Position numbers and translations under genes: made by a program
Notes under the pieces: generated by a model
What the model saw: only the letters and a program-made list of their open reading frames with translations
Database searches by the model: none
Told to the model about the DNA's origin: nothing
Shown: positions 51,817-64,000 of the stretch, one piece after another
Layout of the letters: every line of letters begins with the position of its first letter
Position numbering within the stretch: position 1 is the stretch's first letter
Origin: Eledone cirrhosa
Taxonomy: Eukaryota
DNA length: 64,000 nt
Assembly (NCBI GenBank): GCA_964016885.1
Contig: OZ024742.1
Span: forward strand, 21,886,001 to 21,950,000
Direction of reading: 5' to 3'

Positions 51817-52127
51817 CAGGGCTTGATTTAAACCTTGTGGGAAGGGGCGCTTCAGGTTTGGGGAGGGGGGTATCCATACACAAAAAATTAGAATACACAA
51901 CAAACCCTCAAATTTTACGTATGAAAGTTAGCTTGGCGCAAGTAATTGGAATTGAAAAGTTACATATACATACAGGTATTAAATTTAAAATTTCTTACCA
52001 TCCTAAAACTAAAAGGCCCAGCGGAAGGTACAAATAAATTGCTAAGGCCGTTGGTAGTGACCCCCACCACTCACTGCAGTGGGCCAGGGGCAATTTCCCC
52101 CTTTGGCCCCCATTAAATCCGGCCCTG
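51817..52127. mobile_element. hAT-type MITE (related copies ~12600-12903, 54240-54490, 60030-60318)
   Basis: TIRs CAGGGCTTGATTTAA / TTAAATCCGGCCCTG; 8-bp flanks ctctaggg / ctctagca. Confidence 0.75.
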
Positions 52128-52691
52128 CTCTAGCACTTTGGATTGTTGGAATTGTTAGAACAACGGATGTGAAGTCTTGCAGTATTTGTTCCGGCGCTTT
52201 GTATTCTGAATTCAAATTCTGCTACGGCCTACTCAGGTTGTATATATAATAGATCACCAGGTTTTCACACTACCACGAGCATCATATGTGCCTTTAACAG
52301 TATCTACTCTTTGGAAATATTTAGACTAGGAGGTCTCCAGATTTGGGAGACCCTAGGTTTTCCTCCTAGCAGTGACGGGGACCTAGAAACAGGTCATGGG
52401 AAATGCCATTCCCTAACTAAAATGGACATTGTTAGAATTAGTGTCTCCATATGCAAGGGTACACATTGCTCAACCACCACATACAATTCCTTTTAGTCCT
52501 TTCTCAAACCTTTCTTCCCTCCTATCCCTCTTATTTTCCCTCTCTCTCTATCTCTCTCATTTTCTCTCCCTCTCTCTCTTTCTCTTTCTCTCTCTCCCTC
52601 TCTCATCCAAACTCACTCAACATATATTGTCGAATCCACTTTCCGGATATTTACCAGAAACATCTCATCTAGTCTTGTATAATTTTAAATA

Positions 52692-52867
52692 ATTGTTTCT
52701 ACTTTAGGCACAAGGCCAGCAATTACCCAGTACATTACTGGTACTTTATTTTGTCGACCCGTAAGGATGAAAGACAAAGTTAACCTCGGCGGGATTTGAA
52801 CTCAGACTGTAAAGGGACGTAACTATGCGTCAAAGCATGGCGTCCAATCCTCTACCGATACCGCCAA
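52692..52867 (-). mobile_element. SINE family S with TSD
   Basis: tgtataattttaaataatt on both sides. Confidence 0.85.
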
Positions 52868-54764
52868 TGTATAATTTTAAATAATTCTATATAACAATAT
52901 AAATACAGTCTGACTGTATTGGACAGTCAGACTTATGCATCTCTTTGGTTATTTGGTTAAGAGGGAAGTGGGGTTGATTTTTCTGAAATTATATACAGAT
53001 AAAAGCGCAAATACAAATTCCCAATAAAAAAGTATTTTTATCAATCGACAATATACTGTTAACAACATGGCAACTTGAAAGAAATCTTGTTTTCTTACTC
53101 TTTTAACTACAAATATTTCAATTATTTCGCCAAAGGGCTGGCTGGCAAAAGTTAGATTCGTATCTAGTATGTTAGTCACATTTGACTGCAGTTGACTGTA
53201 AATCTGGCAAATACAGACAACTGCAGACAACTGCAGATAACAGCAGTTAGTGGTGTTGGAATTATTTACAAGAGCCATCATTATGGCGTACTAACAGCCT
53301 TCAACAAAATCAGTGGAATTTTGGCAACTATTCTTGATACACTATGTTCTGCATAACGTTCCTTCAGAAGCCTGGGAGCAAAGAACATATATCTGAAGAG
53401 TACAATGAATCATGATCTATATGCCATTACAACATAATTGTTGAATAAAGAAACTTATTTTAGTGTCGAAATTTATGAGTTATTTTCATTTGGCTGTTTA
53501 ACTATTTTGTGTTTGGAGTTAGAAGTTGGAATTTGTCAGAAATACCGAGATTGAAATTCCTTCTGTATCTCAATAAGACGGGATTTGTTCAATTTCAGAG
53601 AATTATATTCGTGCATGTATGGTCCCGTTAATCCTAAGGAAGTGGTAGGGGCGTCGTAATGACATACGGCGTTTCTAAGGTACTTTTAAAACCTGGTGGA
53701 GCCCATGACTTCTCCATGTCTGAATACAACGGATTTCTTCCAGAAATGGGTAGAGAGTGAGTGAGAGAATTGATGTAAGAAAGAGATATAGAGGAATAAT
53801 TTACCCCCAGTTCTTCACTGGGACTTTTTTATCGATGAAAGCTAACGTTAACCATGACGGGATTTAAACTGAGAGAGCGGAAAGCCGAAACGAATGCTGC
53901 AAACCATTCTACCCGACGTTCGAACGATTCTGTCAATTTGTCTCCTAGAGAATTACATATTTGAATTAAAAGATGAATATTTTGTTTCATATTTATTACA
54001 CTTATTAATTTTGTCATAACATGGACCTTCGGACAATGTGAGTTCAGATTCCTTCTTTCACTATGTTCATAATTAAGAAAAGTATTGAAGTAACTTGTGG
54101 TAATAGAACAGTATTCTTGAACTGTGAGAGTTGTATCATTGGATGTTGTAGTCTATAAAGCTATGTGTGTGTTGCCTGTATATCCGTTAACTCGTGTCTC
54201 TGTAACCATTTGTTTTGAAGTATTTAATGTGTATATATGCAGGTTAGGGGCCCCGGGGAACTTCAGCTTTGGGGAAACCCTAGAAAAAAAATTTACATAT
54301 TTAATTCAGCTTTCTGCAAGTAATTGGATTGAAGTTATGCATACAGGTATTAAATTCAAAAGTTCTAACCATCCTAAAACTAAAAAGGCCAGCCTAGGGC
54401 ACAAATAAATTGTTACGGCCGTCCCTGGTAGGACTTCCCACTGCAAGGGGTCAATTGCCCTCTTTGCCCAATTTATTTCCGGCCCGGCATATATGTCTGT
54501 TGTACTGAGATGTGTGCGTATCAGTGTCTATCTCTTCTTGTGCGTGTTTGTGTATAAAAATATGCGTGAGTCTGTGTGTCTAATAAGACTAACGTATGTA
54601 TCTGTCTGTCTGTGGTAGTGTTCGATGATGTGTGGATTTATTAAAGGGAATGGAAAAAATAAGATTACCTCATATTAGGGTCTCTGAATACGAGCCATGA
54701 TAGATAGAGGAAACGATCTAATCTATTGTATTACTATTCTATTTTTATTATTTAAAATACACAA

Positions 54765-54940
54765 GGGCGGTGGATTGGCAGTATCGGTAGAGGGTCGGAC
54801 GCCATGCTTTGACGCATAGAGTTACGGCCCTTGCCATTCTGAGTTCAAATCCCGCCGAGGTTAACTTTGACTTTCATCCTTATTGGGACGATAAAATAAA
54901 GTACCAGTAATGCACTGACCTTGTGCCAAAAGTAGAAACA
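54765..54940 (+). mobile_element. SINE family S with TSD
   Basis: attatttaaaatacac on both sides. Confidence 0.85.
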
Positions 54941-55099
54941 ATTATTTAAAATACACGAGATATTCTCAGTACGGTCCGAGAACGTATTTAAGTGAGATGA
55001 GATCTCGGCCCACCTGAGAGATGAGTACCTTCTATTATGTACTGAATTAGTTGATGGCAGTCCGTCTAACCCTTGCTAGCAGGGTAAACGGACCTTAGA

Positions 55100-55697
55100 T
55101 GATGAGGACGACGATGACGACGACGATGCCGATGACGATTATGATGATGTTTGCCATGATGATGGGAATGGTGGGGGGAGGGGGGATGATAGTGGTGGTG
55201 GTGCTGATGGTGGTGGTAGTGGTGATGGTGGTGTTGGTGGTGGTGGTGGTGTAGATGGTGGTGCTGATAGTGGTGGTGGTGGTGCTGATAGTGGTGGTGA
55301 TGGTGGTGGTAGTGGTGGTGGTGCTGATGGTGGTGGGGTGGTGATGGTGGTAGTGGTGATGGTGGTGCTGATGGTGGTGGTGGTGTAGATGGTGGTGGTG
55401 CTGATAGTGGAGGTGATGGTGGTGGTAGTGGTGGTGGTGCTGATGGTGGTGGTGGTGCTGATGGTGGTGGGGGTGGTGATGGTGGTAGTGGTGGTGGTGA
55501 TGGTGGTGCTGATGGTGGTGGTGGTGTAGATGGTGGTGGTGCTGATAGTGGTGATGATGGTGGTGGTAGTGGTGGTGGTGCTGATGGTGGTGGGGGTGGT
55601 GATGGTGGTAGTGGTGGTGGTGATGGTGGTGCTGATGGTGGTGGTGGTGGTGCTGCTGCTGAAGGTGGTGGTGGTCGAGGTGGTGGTGGCGGCGGAG
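55100..55697. repeat. Degenerate (GGT/GAT/GCT)n trinucleotide array
   Basis: Directly visible low-complexity repeat. Confidence 0.9.
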
Positions 55698-56143
55698 GAT
55701 GTGATATGTTTGTTGATCACGTCATTCCTCACTTCTACATACTGTGTGACCCGCCATATGCCCAGGAATACAGTCTATAAAGATTAATATGTAATCCACA
55801 GGAAAATGTTTTAATGGTTTTCAAATGGATTCTGATCATCGTTGTACATACTTTCCATTAAACCATCTTCTCATTCTATATTTGTTCATGATAATATCAA
55901 TTATTCTTTTAAACCTAAAACACGGGACATCTGCTTGTGTCAAAGCATCCATAAATGTGTGGGGTGTGATTGTTTGGCTCTGTGTGTGTGTGTGTGTTTG
56001 GTTGTGTGTGCGTGGGGGGTGAATGTGTGTGTCTGAGTGTGGTTGGGAGTGTGATGACGTATATATGTGTTTTTATGTATATATATAGATAGCCAGATTG
56101 TTAGACATTCTCACATCTCAATTTGGCAAGATAGAAACCAACC

Positions 56144-56198
56144 ATGATTACTTCGTTTCTGTTCATCGCCATATTATTTCTAGGAAATGCTTTCGAAG
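56144..56198 (+). CDS. Protease gene D exon 1 (signal peptide)
   Basis: accATG; MITSFLFIAILFLGNAFE+G then gtgagg, phase 1. Confidence 0.8.
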
Positions 56199-57338
56199 GT
56201 GAGGGCGATTGTTAATTTGTTGTCTAAATTGTCAACTTTAGCTGGATATTTTATGAATTAATTTATAATTTAATTCACTGAAAAATAATTGAATCTCTGA
56301 AACCGTTCCTTCACAAATGAATTTCTAACTAAGTTAATAGTAATGTGTCAAGCGTCGAGATTTTTCAGTCTAGTGCATATTTTATGTGACACGATTGAGA
56401 TTATGGCCAGGTGCCGGGCTTCAGTTAACAGAGATTAGATGAGACGCAAGCCATTTGGAACATTTTAATAGAGAGTTCATTCTCAGACCTACTCACACCC
56501 CGGCAACGATGACGATATATACATACATGCCAAAGGCGTATTACTCCTGTCATTTTGCTGGATACACACGTTCATAATTTTCCGACAAAAATGACTAAAT
56601 TTTCAGACAATCCTTTTTTGAGGCGGGAGGTGATACTTACATACATACATGATGGCAGCCCCCTCGTTATCGAGTATGGCCATTGCACAATATACCATTA
56701 TTAATAATTATTAATCAATTCCATCGTGCAATGCCTGTGCGTGAAGATATTTTTTAAAGTGAGGAAAGACTGTACACTGAGCCAATCCCACTCTCTGAGC
56801 GACAGTAGCTATAACCCGTAAAGAAGAAAAGATCAACATCATCGGTAACTACTGAGCCGCAGGTTTTATATTGGAGTTATCCTAGTTTCCTGAGTTGCCT
56901 TTTCCTAGAAGAATGCCCTGATCAAGGCTAGGTGTCCTTCACTCCCAGTGGTTTAACTGCGCGAATGGGTGTCCAGCCCGATTATTTCTATACCCCCGCG
57001 CATATACATATACATGCACCCATGCATACACACATATGTACATGTGTATATACATACTTTTGGATGGCCGTTGACACTTATGAGTTCTTCCGCCCTTTGT
57101 CAGGTTGTGTTTTTTGTCTTGCAGGGTGTCCAAAATCACGCTCCTCACCAAGTAAATTTAGTGGGGTTGCCAGTTTATTCACCGATGACCCGACCTTGCG
57201 ACAGGTTGTACTGGGTTACATGTTACCAGTAGCACTCAAAAGTGACCCGACATAACATACATATATACATACATACATACACAATAGCTGCATGGTGAGG
57301 TATATAGTTGTATTTGTCTAATCTCTCATTCTTTCCAG

Positions 57339-57501
57339 CGTTATCCTTATCTCATCAGCAACACATTATGGGTGGAACGAAAGCTGAAGAATGTGAATTC
57401 CCTTGGATTGTTTCTTTATTGTTAGTTAAAGGTAACAGGTACTTCTTATGTTCCGGAACACTCATAAACAGTCTCCAGATCCTCACAGCTGCCCATTGCG
57501 C
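57339..57501 (+). CDS. Protease gene D exon 2 (IMGG, catalytic His)
   Basis: ttccAG | ALSLSHQQH-IMGGTKAEECEFPWIVSLL...FLCSGTLINSLQILTAAHCA | gtaagt. Confidence 0.92.
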
Positions 57502-57509
57502 GTAAGTAA

Positions 57510-57803
57510 ATATTTCCTACACTACCCCAATATCCTCTACACTGCTCAAATATCCTCTACACTACCACAATATCCTCTACACTGCTCCAATATCCTCTAC
57601 ACTACCACAATATCCTCTACACTGCTCCAATATCCTCTACACTACCACAATATCCTCTACACTGCTCCAATATCCTCTACACTACCACAATATCCTCTAC
57701 ACTGCTCCAATATACTCTACACTACCCCAATATCCTCTACACTGCTCAAATATCCTCTACACTACCACAATATCCTCTACACTGCTCCAATATACTCTAC
57801 ACA
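57510..57803. repeat. Minisatellite, 20-bp unit alternating two variants (40-bp dimer)
   Basis: tatcctctacactaccacaa / tatcctctacactgctccaa, about 14 units. Confidence 0.9.
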
Positions 57804-58567
57804 GCCATAATATATCCTACAAATCGAATTCTACCTGAGATGAATTTTCTCTCACACCTTTCGGGATGATTGATAAAATAATCACCAGTGTTATACTTTA
57901 TTTGATGCAACTGGCTATGCCACTTATTTCAGATATATGCTCTTGTGTCCTGCTAAAAGATATCAATATTCTTCTTCTTCTTCTTCTTCTTCTTCTTCTT
58001 CTTCTTCTTCTTCTTCTTCTTCTTCTTCTTCTTCTTCTTCTTCTTCTTCTTCTCATCCCTGAAAGGTCGTGGAGACGGAGTCCTCAAGCATTCTTTCCAG
58101 CAGGTCATGTGAAAAACAACCATCTCCAACTGATCCGGCTGATTTCTTTTTAAATGGGTGATTGGAAAAATTGCTAGAGCGCCGGATAAAATACTAGTGT
58201 ACTATTTCTTCTCGCTCCTTACATTCTCACTTCAGGTCCCGACAAGATCAAACTGGTCTTTCATCCTTCGAGGTTCAATAAAATAAAGTACCAGTCAACT
58301 CCTGGAGTTGATTTATTCAACTTTGCCTTTTCCCAAAATTCCCTAGCTTTGGGCCTAAATTTTGGAGCCCTGACATCACCTTTTAAATTTCATAGCTAAA
58401 GGGCTGCAAATGTTTATTCGTAAACATATTGTATATTACTCGATATACAAAACATGAATATTCTTAACATGTCTTCGAAGACGGGCGTTGATTAATTAAT
58501 TAGTACAATAAGACGATATCAGGTGAAATTATTGTAAAATAATATTGACTCAGTATTATTAATATCA

Positions 58568-58752
58568 GGGTGGTGAATTGGCAGTAACGGTAGAGGGTCT
58601 GACGCCATGCTTTCCAACATAGTTACGTCCCTTTACAGTCTGAGTTCAAATCCCGTCGAGGTTAACTTTGCTTTCATCCTTACGGGGTCGATAAAATAAA
58701 GTACCAGTAATGCACTGGGTAGTTGCTGGCCTTGTGTTAAAAGTAGAAACAA
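58568..58752 (+). mobile_element. SINE family S
   Basis: Flanks attattaatatcagg / attattaatgtcagg. Confidence 0.85.
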
Positions 58753-58858
58753 TTATTAATGTCAGGTAAATAAAGATATCAATATAATTAATAAGAAGTA
58801 TTCCTAACTTATTGTGAATTTATATACTGTGGTTTAATTAGTGTTTTACATTTTACAG

Positions 58859-58983
58859 GAATGGTGTGGATAAAATCCTTGTATCTGCAGGAAGTAGCAA
58901 CAGACGTTCTATGACAAGATATACATATGTTTTTAAACAAAATATTCATTCTCACCCAGACTACAAAGGCCCTCCTGGTTTTA
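58859..58983 (+). CDS. Protease gene D exon 3
   Basis: ttacAG | NGVDKILVSAGSSNRRSMTRYTYVFKQNIHSHPDYKGPPGF | gtgagt; phases fit both neighbours. Confidence 0.88.
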
Positions 58984-59311
58984 GTGAGTAAATCTAACGG
59001 TTTATTATATACTTATAAAACAAACTATTTATTGTATTCGTGAGGTTTGTATCGAATAATAACAATAATAATATTCCATTCGTTTTTATGCAAACAGCCT
59101 CATTGTTCCATGTATATTAGATGACCATCGGCATCCTTTTCTTCTGCCGTGAAAGAGATACACAATCTTGACAATGGGCAATAACCCAGAGACGATATCA
59201 GTGTCAATTATTTCTCTATGTCACCAATATAGCCAAAAGATGGCGATTGTCCTCTAAAACAACATAACATAATGATGCTGGTTGCTTGCAATACTATTAT
59301 TACTCGATATA

Positions 59312-59498
59312 GGGCGGTGGATTGGCAGTATCCGTAGAGGGTTGGACGCCATGCTTTCCAGCATAGTTACGTCGCTTTACAGTCTGAGTTCAAATCCCGC
59401 CGAGTTTAACTTTGCCTTTCATCCTTACGGGGTCGATAAAATAAAGTACCAGTAATGCACTGGGGTTAATTGCTGGCCTTGTGCCAAAAGTAGAAACA
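59312..59498 (+). mobile_element. SINE family S with TSD
   Basis: attattactcgatata on both sides. Confidence 0.88.
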
Positions 59499-60601
59499 AT
59501 TATTACTCGATATAAACCTCACGAGTGCATTTACGTATCCGCTATGCTAGAGCGAAAAACTAAATTCTAAACTATATGTTATCAGAAAACATAGATCCAC
59601 AGAGATGATAGAGATGCCGTGAAACATAAGATAACGAATGCCATAGTCAATGGTGTATATGACAGAAATTAACGTTGTAGATGACAGTACGTTATCTTCT
59701 AGGGAATATATGATAGAATGTCATGTCATATATATGTCTGTCACACATAGCTGTACTGTGGAGCAGTATAAGTCACTGGTGAGATGTAAAGTATTATATA
59801 TTGTTGTGCTGTAAACTGCATTTACATACTGATGTGCTGTGAAGTGTATTAAACACTGAAGTCATATACAGTGTATTGAACACACTGTTATGGTGTAAGG
59901 TATATATTTACACACTTCTGTGTTGTAAATTGTATATATATATATATATATATATATAGTTGTACTGTAATGATTCTATATACATACGTTTTTTTTAATA
60001 AATTATACACACCCATAATTCTCCTATGGGGTGTAGTTGCACTAGAGAGGGGCTCATACACCAAAAATTAGAATACAGTGCACCCCCCACCCCCCAAACA
60101 CACACCAATGTTCAATATCGAAGTAATTGCAATTGATTGAATTGAATTGGCGCAAGTATTTGCAATTGAAATGTTATATATATAGGTATTTAATTCAAAA
60201 GTTTTATCCATGGTAAAACTAACAAGCGCAGGTGAGAGCCCAAATAATTTGATACGGCCCGCCACTGCAGGGAGGCCAGACCAATTACACGGGTTGCCCC
60301 ACATTAAATTGAGGCTTGTTTGCATTATTGCAAACGAATCGAATGTAATTATTAATATTCTAAAAACTCAGATTACATTTATTGTATTCAGCCATGTAGA
60401 GCGAAAATATATTGCTCGTATACAGGAAACTGACTGGCCAGTCTGCTGATATGCAAATCTGGCTGATCAGTGGATCTGTTAATATGCAGATCTGATTGAT
60501 CAGCCAGTCTGCTAATATGCAAATCAAGCCGATCAGTCACTGTGTATTTTTGAAAATAGCAAATATTTTCACTAGCTCTGACAGTTTGGCAGGTGAACAG
60601 T

Positions 60602-60651
60602 GAGCTGTACTGATGAAGGGTGATACCCAGAAACATTAGTGTCTGCAGTTC
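60602..60651 (+). ncRNA. Type I hammerhead ribozyme, sense strand of gene D intron 3
   Basis: Stem I GAGCTGTA/TGCAGTTC (2 GU); CTGATGA 60610-60616; stem II GGGT-GAT-ACCC; GAAAC-A-TTAG-T-GTC. Confidence 0.78.
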
Positions 60652-60778
60652 TGGTCACATGCCAACACAAGAGCAAGAATGAAGGATTCATTCTACTGAC
60701 ATGGCTATAAAATTGAGGTTTCTTTGCATAATTGCAAACGAATCGAATGTTATTATTAATATGCGAAAAACTCAGATT

Positions 60779-60864
<86 letters not shown>

Positions 60865-61314
60865 ATATATATGTATGTATATGTATATATAATAGATGAA
60901 GTTATATCCAGTGTGGTAAATTGTATAGTAGTTGTTTCCCTTAATATTCTGCAATAACAAATGAATTTATTATGATATTATATCTCTGTTGAGGTAGCAC
61001 TGTAAGCAATCAAAATAATTTTATGGTCAGAATTAGATAAAAGCCTCATAATATTATTATTAAGAATAAAAAACATTTCAAAGGAGGTTCAAGAAGGCCT
61101 AAATTAAGCTCTGGCCATCTAGGGAGATATCACATGGTAATATTTTGATAGCATCCTGGAAGATAACCTTTATTAAAATATAATCAAGTGTAATATTAAT
61201 GCCAATATCGACATTCACAAAAAATCGTGGCTCGCGGAAATGCTAAAACGATTTGTTTTAACTCATTGCTATATAAAGTTACAACTCGAGACACAGTCAT
61301 CATATAGATTATAA

Positions 61315-61369
<55 letters not shown>

Positions 61370-61580
61370 AATAAATTATCGAGAATCGGAACTTCGGCCC
61401 ACGAAATAACGAAACACAATCTTCGAAATGTGCGGCAAAGTGCTCAATGGTTCGGATAAACCAGAGCTATAACTAACGTGTAATACCAACACACTGAGAC
61501 GATGCTTAAACAATCATTCGCACAGCCAAAAATACGACCAAGAAAATTCGGGTCAGACAAATAAAAATATATATGAATGA

Positions 61581-61620
<40 letters not shown>

Positions 61621-61678
61621 CGAAGGAGGTGTGGTAATGAACCAGGTGGACCATAACACACCAGATATATATATATAT

Positions 61679-61815
61679 ATATTGTTATACTTGGGGAGGC
61701 TCATACTATTATAATATTGCCAGAAATAATAACAGAACAAACTCACAGTGAGTGGGTTCTGTTATTATTTCTGGCAATATTATAACAATATAAGCCTCCC
61801 CAAGTGTAACAATAT
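61679..61815. repeat. Fold-back palindrome (~68-bp arms) beside (TA)n; family P tail fragment at 61619-61665
   Basis: ...tattgccagaaataataacagaac..actcac-a-gtgagt..gttctgttattatttctggcaata... Confidence 0.8.
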
Positions 61816-61859
61816 TTGTTTCGACATACGATTTTATATCAAAAACCTTGCAAAACAAA

Positions 61860-61907
<48 letters not shown>

Positions 61908-61932
61908 CATACACATACGCACACGTATATAC

Positions 61933-61981
<49 letters not shown>

Positions 61982-62132
61982 TACGGATTAGATTTTAAGA
62001 ATTATATTCTTGCTTAGGGTGAAAGCTAATATTTGCCTGAATTTCTTTATTATATATTGTGATCGACTATTATTATTGTTAGGACGACTACATTTCATTC
62101 ATATAAATATATGTGTGTTTGTATGTTTGTGT

Positions 62133-62234
<102 letters not shown>

Positions 62235-62251
62235 ACATACACACACAGACT

Positions 62252-62330
<79 letters not shown>

Positions 62331-62414
62331 ATAATAATAAATTTGAAGACTAAAATCCAAAGTGGGATCGATAAGGATAAATATATATCAAATATATAAG
62401 AACAGTAGAGCAAA

Positions 62415-62540
62415 TATTTATTAAAATAACAGATTAAAGTTTAAGCAAAGGATCGCTGATTTCACCCTAACGGGATCTTTCCCGTTAGGGTGAAAGCAGC
62501 GATTCTTTGCTTAAACTTTAATCTGTTATTTTAATAAATA
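62415..62540. repeat. Fold-back palindrome (61-bp arms) centred on a truncated hammerhead-like core
   Basis: ...ttcaccctaacggga-tctt-tcccgttagggtgaaa... Confidence 0.75.
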
Positions 62541-62868
62541 AATATGTATATATATATATATATATAATATATTAATAAATGGAAACTATGTTTATAAAAC
62601 CATATTTGGTTTTATAAATATAGTTTTATAATATGGTTTTATAAATAAAGTTTCCATTTATTAATATATTGTAAATTTACTCCACTAACTTGTTGAGTGC
62701 TTTATATCAGTTATAAAACATTTTAAGCTTGTTGAATCCCAACAAATTAAATATAGCCTCTGTATATATATATATATATATATATATACGTTATTCCGGG
62801 TTGAATCGGAGGTAACCACAGTAAGTAAGGTACTCAATACATAGCAGAGTATAAAGGTTTTAATATAG

Positions 62869-62968
62869 ATGAGATTCTACAGGACTAGAACTGTTTCATT
62901 CATTAGAAATCATCAGGAATCTGATGATTTCTAATGAATGAAACAGTTCTAGTCCTGTAGAATCTCAT
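62869..62968. repeat. Perfect 48-bp-arm palindrome made of two back-to-back hammerhead cores
   Basis: Right arm CTGATGA-TTTC-TAAT-GAAT-GAAAC-AGTTCTA-GTC-CTGTAG; 4-nt spacer gaat. Confidence 0.8.
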
Positions 62969-63167
62969 ATATATATAGTGAAAACTGGGACGGGAACAAA
63001 AACAGAGAGGCAGTTTAAACAAAGGTTTATTAGTTTCACGCTCTTGAGAGTGGATATGTCACTATCTCCATAGCTCACTTAAAATTTCTCTATATCTATC
63101 TCTATCGATCTTTCTCAATCTATCTATCTATCTCTTCCTCTCTCATTCCCTCTTTTTGTCATTACAG

Positions 63168-63299
63168 AGAATGATATAGCGATCGTAAATCTACCAACTT
63201 CCATGAGTGACGGTAACTGCATCAAACCGTTAAGTATTCCGACTAAAGGCGAGAACATAACCCAGAACTGCGTCATTGCAGGCTGGGGTGTCAGTTCTG
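63168..63299 (+). CDS. Protease gene D exon 4 (catalytic Asp); gene continues beyond window
   Basis: tacAG | KNDIAIVNLPTSMSDGNCIKPLSIPTKGENITQNCVIAGWGVSS | gtaagt. Confidence 0.9.
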
Positions 63300-63392
63300 G
63301 TAAGTGTATCATTAGTTCCTATCACAGAACATTTCTCCATAAAGCTATCATAAACTACAGACAGCAGGCTTATGATAATGGAAAGACAGACA

Positions 63393-63680
63393 AATATAAG
63401 ACCCCTGGCAGTGGAGACTTCTGGTGTCCTCGGCCCCAGGGCTACCTCCTTACTCACCACCTATATAGGCGCTGAGCTGGCCAGCCGCAGCTGTGAGCTC
63501 CGCGAGTTGGAGTGGCTTTTCCAGCGTGTCTCCCTTGCCATCCTCCGGGGAAACGCCTTCTCCATTCTGTCCGCCGGGTCTGTGGGTGGGCCCCATCGCG
63601 TACCAATACATTAGTTAAATACCATTATTTCATCTGATACAACACAATAAAAACTAAAGTGTTTAAAAAAGAAAAAAGTA
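63393..63680 (+). mobile_element. 3' end of CRE-clade retrotransposon
   Basis: RPLAVETSGVLGPRA...RELEWLFQRVSLAILRGNAFSIL, then AATAAA and an A-rich end. Confidence 0.75.
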
Positions 63681-64000
63681 TCTATACCGAGTATTGTATA
63701 TATTCATTTATGTATATATACATAACACACACACACACATACACACATATACATATACTCACACATACTACACATACTCTCACACACACACACATATACA
63801 TATAGTTATATATATATATATACAAACACACACATATATATATATGTGTGTGTGAGTGTGTGTGTATATACAAGAGTAATAAGTTCAGATATGAAAGTGC
63901 CTGTGATATACTAAGAAGTTCTAAAGCTTCTAAAATGCTAAAGACGCTGTCAAAACCCTCGTCTGGATTATTATAAATTGTTATATATATATATATATAT

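Noticed and set aside
55139-55732. 197-aa Thr/Pro-rich mucin-like ORF
   Set aside because: Trinucleotide repeat with no splice or domain evidence

Overview
AT-rich, microsatellite-dense animal genomic DNA. The repeat content suggests an octopod cephalopod, which is an inference. The + strand carries a tandem cluster of secreted S1 (trypsin/chymotrypsin-family) serine protease genes. These are the last exon of gene A (622-1053, with an unusual ~90-aa C-terminal tail), a decayed pseudogene B (14814-14868 and 20461-20624), a six-exon gene C (32066-40788, exon 3 apparently damaged) and the first four exons of gene D (56144-63299). Between and within them lie R4/Dong-like, CRE, Tx1/L1, RTE and CR1-like LINE fragments, tRNA-derived SINEs, hAT-type MITEs, minisatellites, a tRNA-Gln-like copy and a decayed Neptune-type Penelope-like element (PLE). 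The most striking non-coding signal is about a dozen type I hammerhead ribozyme (HHR) motifs and half-motifs. Most sit inside fold-back (inverted-repeat) inserts in (TA)n tracts. One multi-copy palindromic family looks like a hammerhead folded back on its own stem II, and one intact sense-strand HHR lies in a protease intron. All calls were read by eye; no searches or folding programs were run. Most ORF-track entries are microsatellite artefacts.
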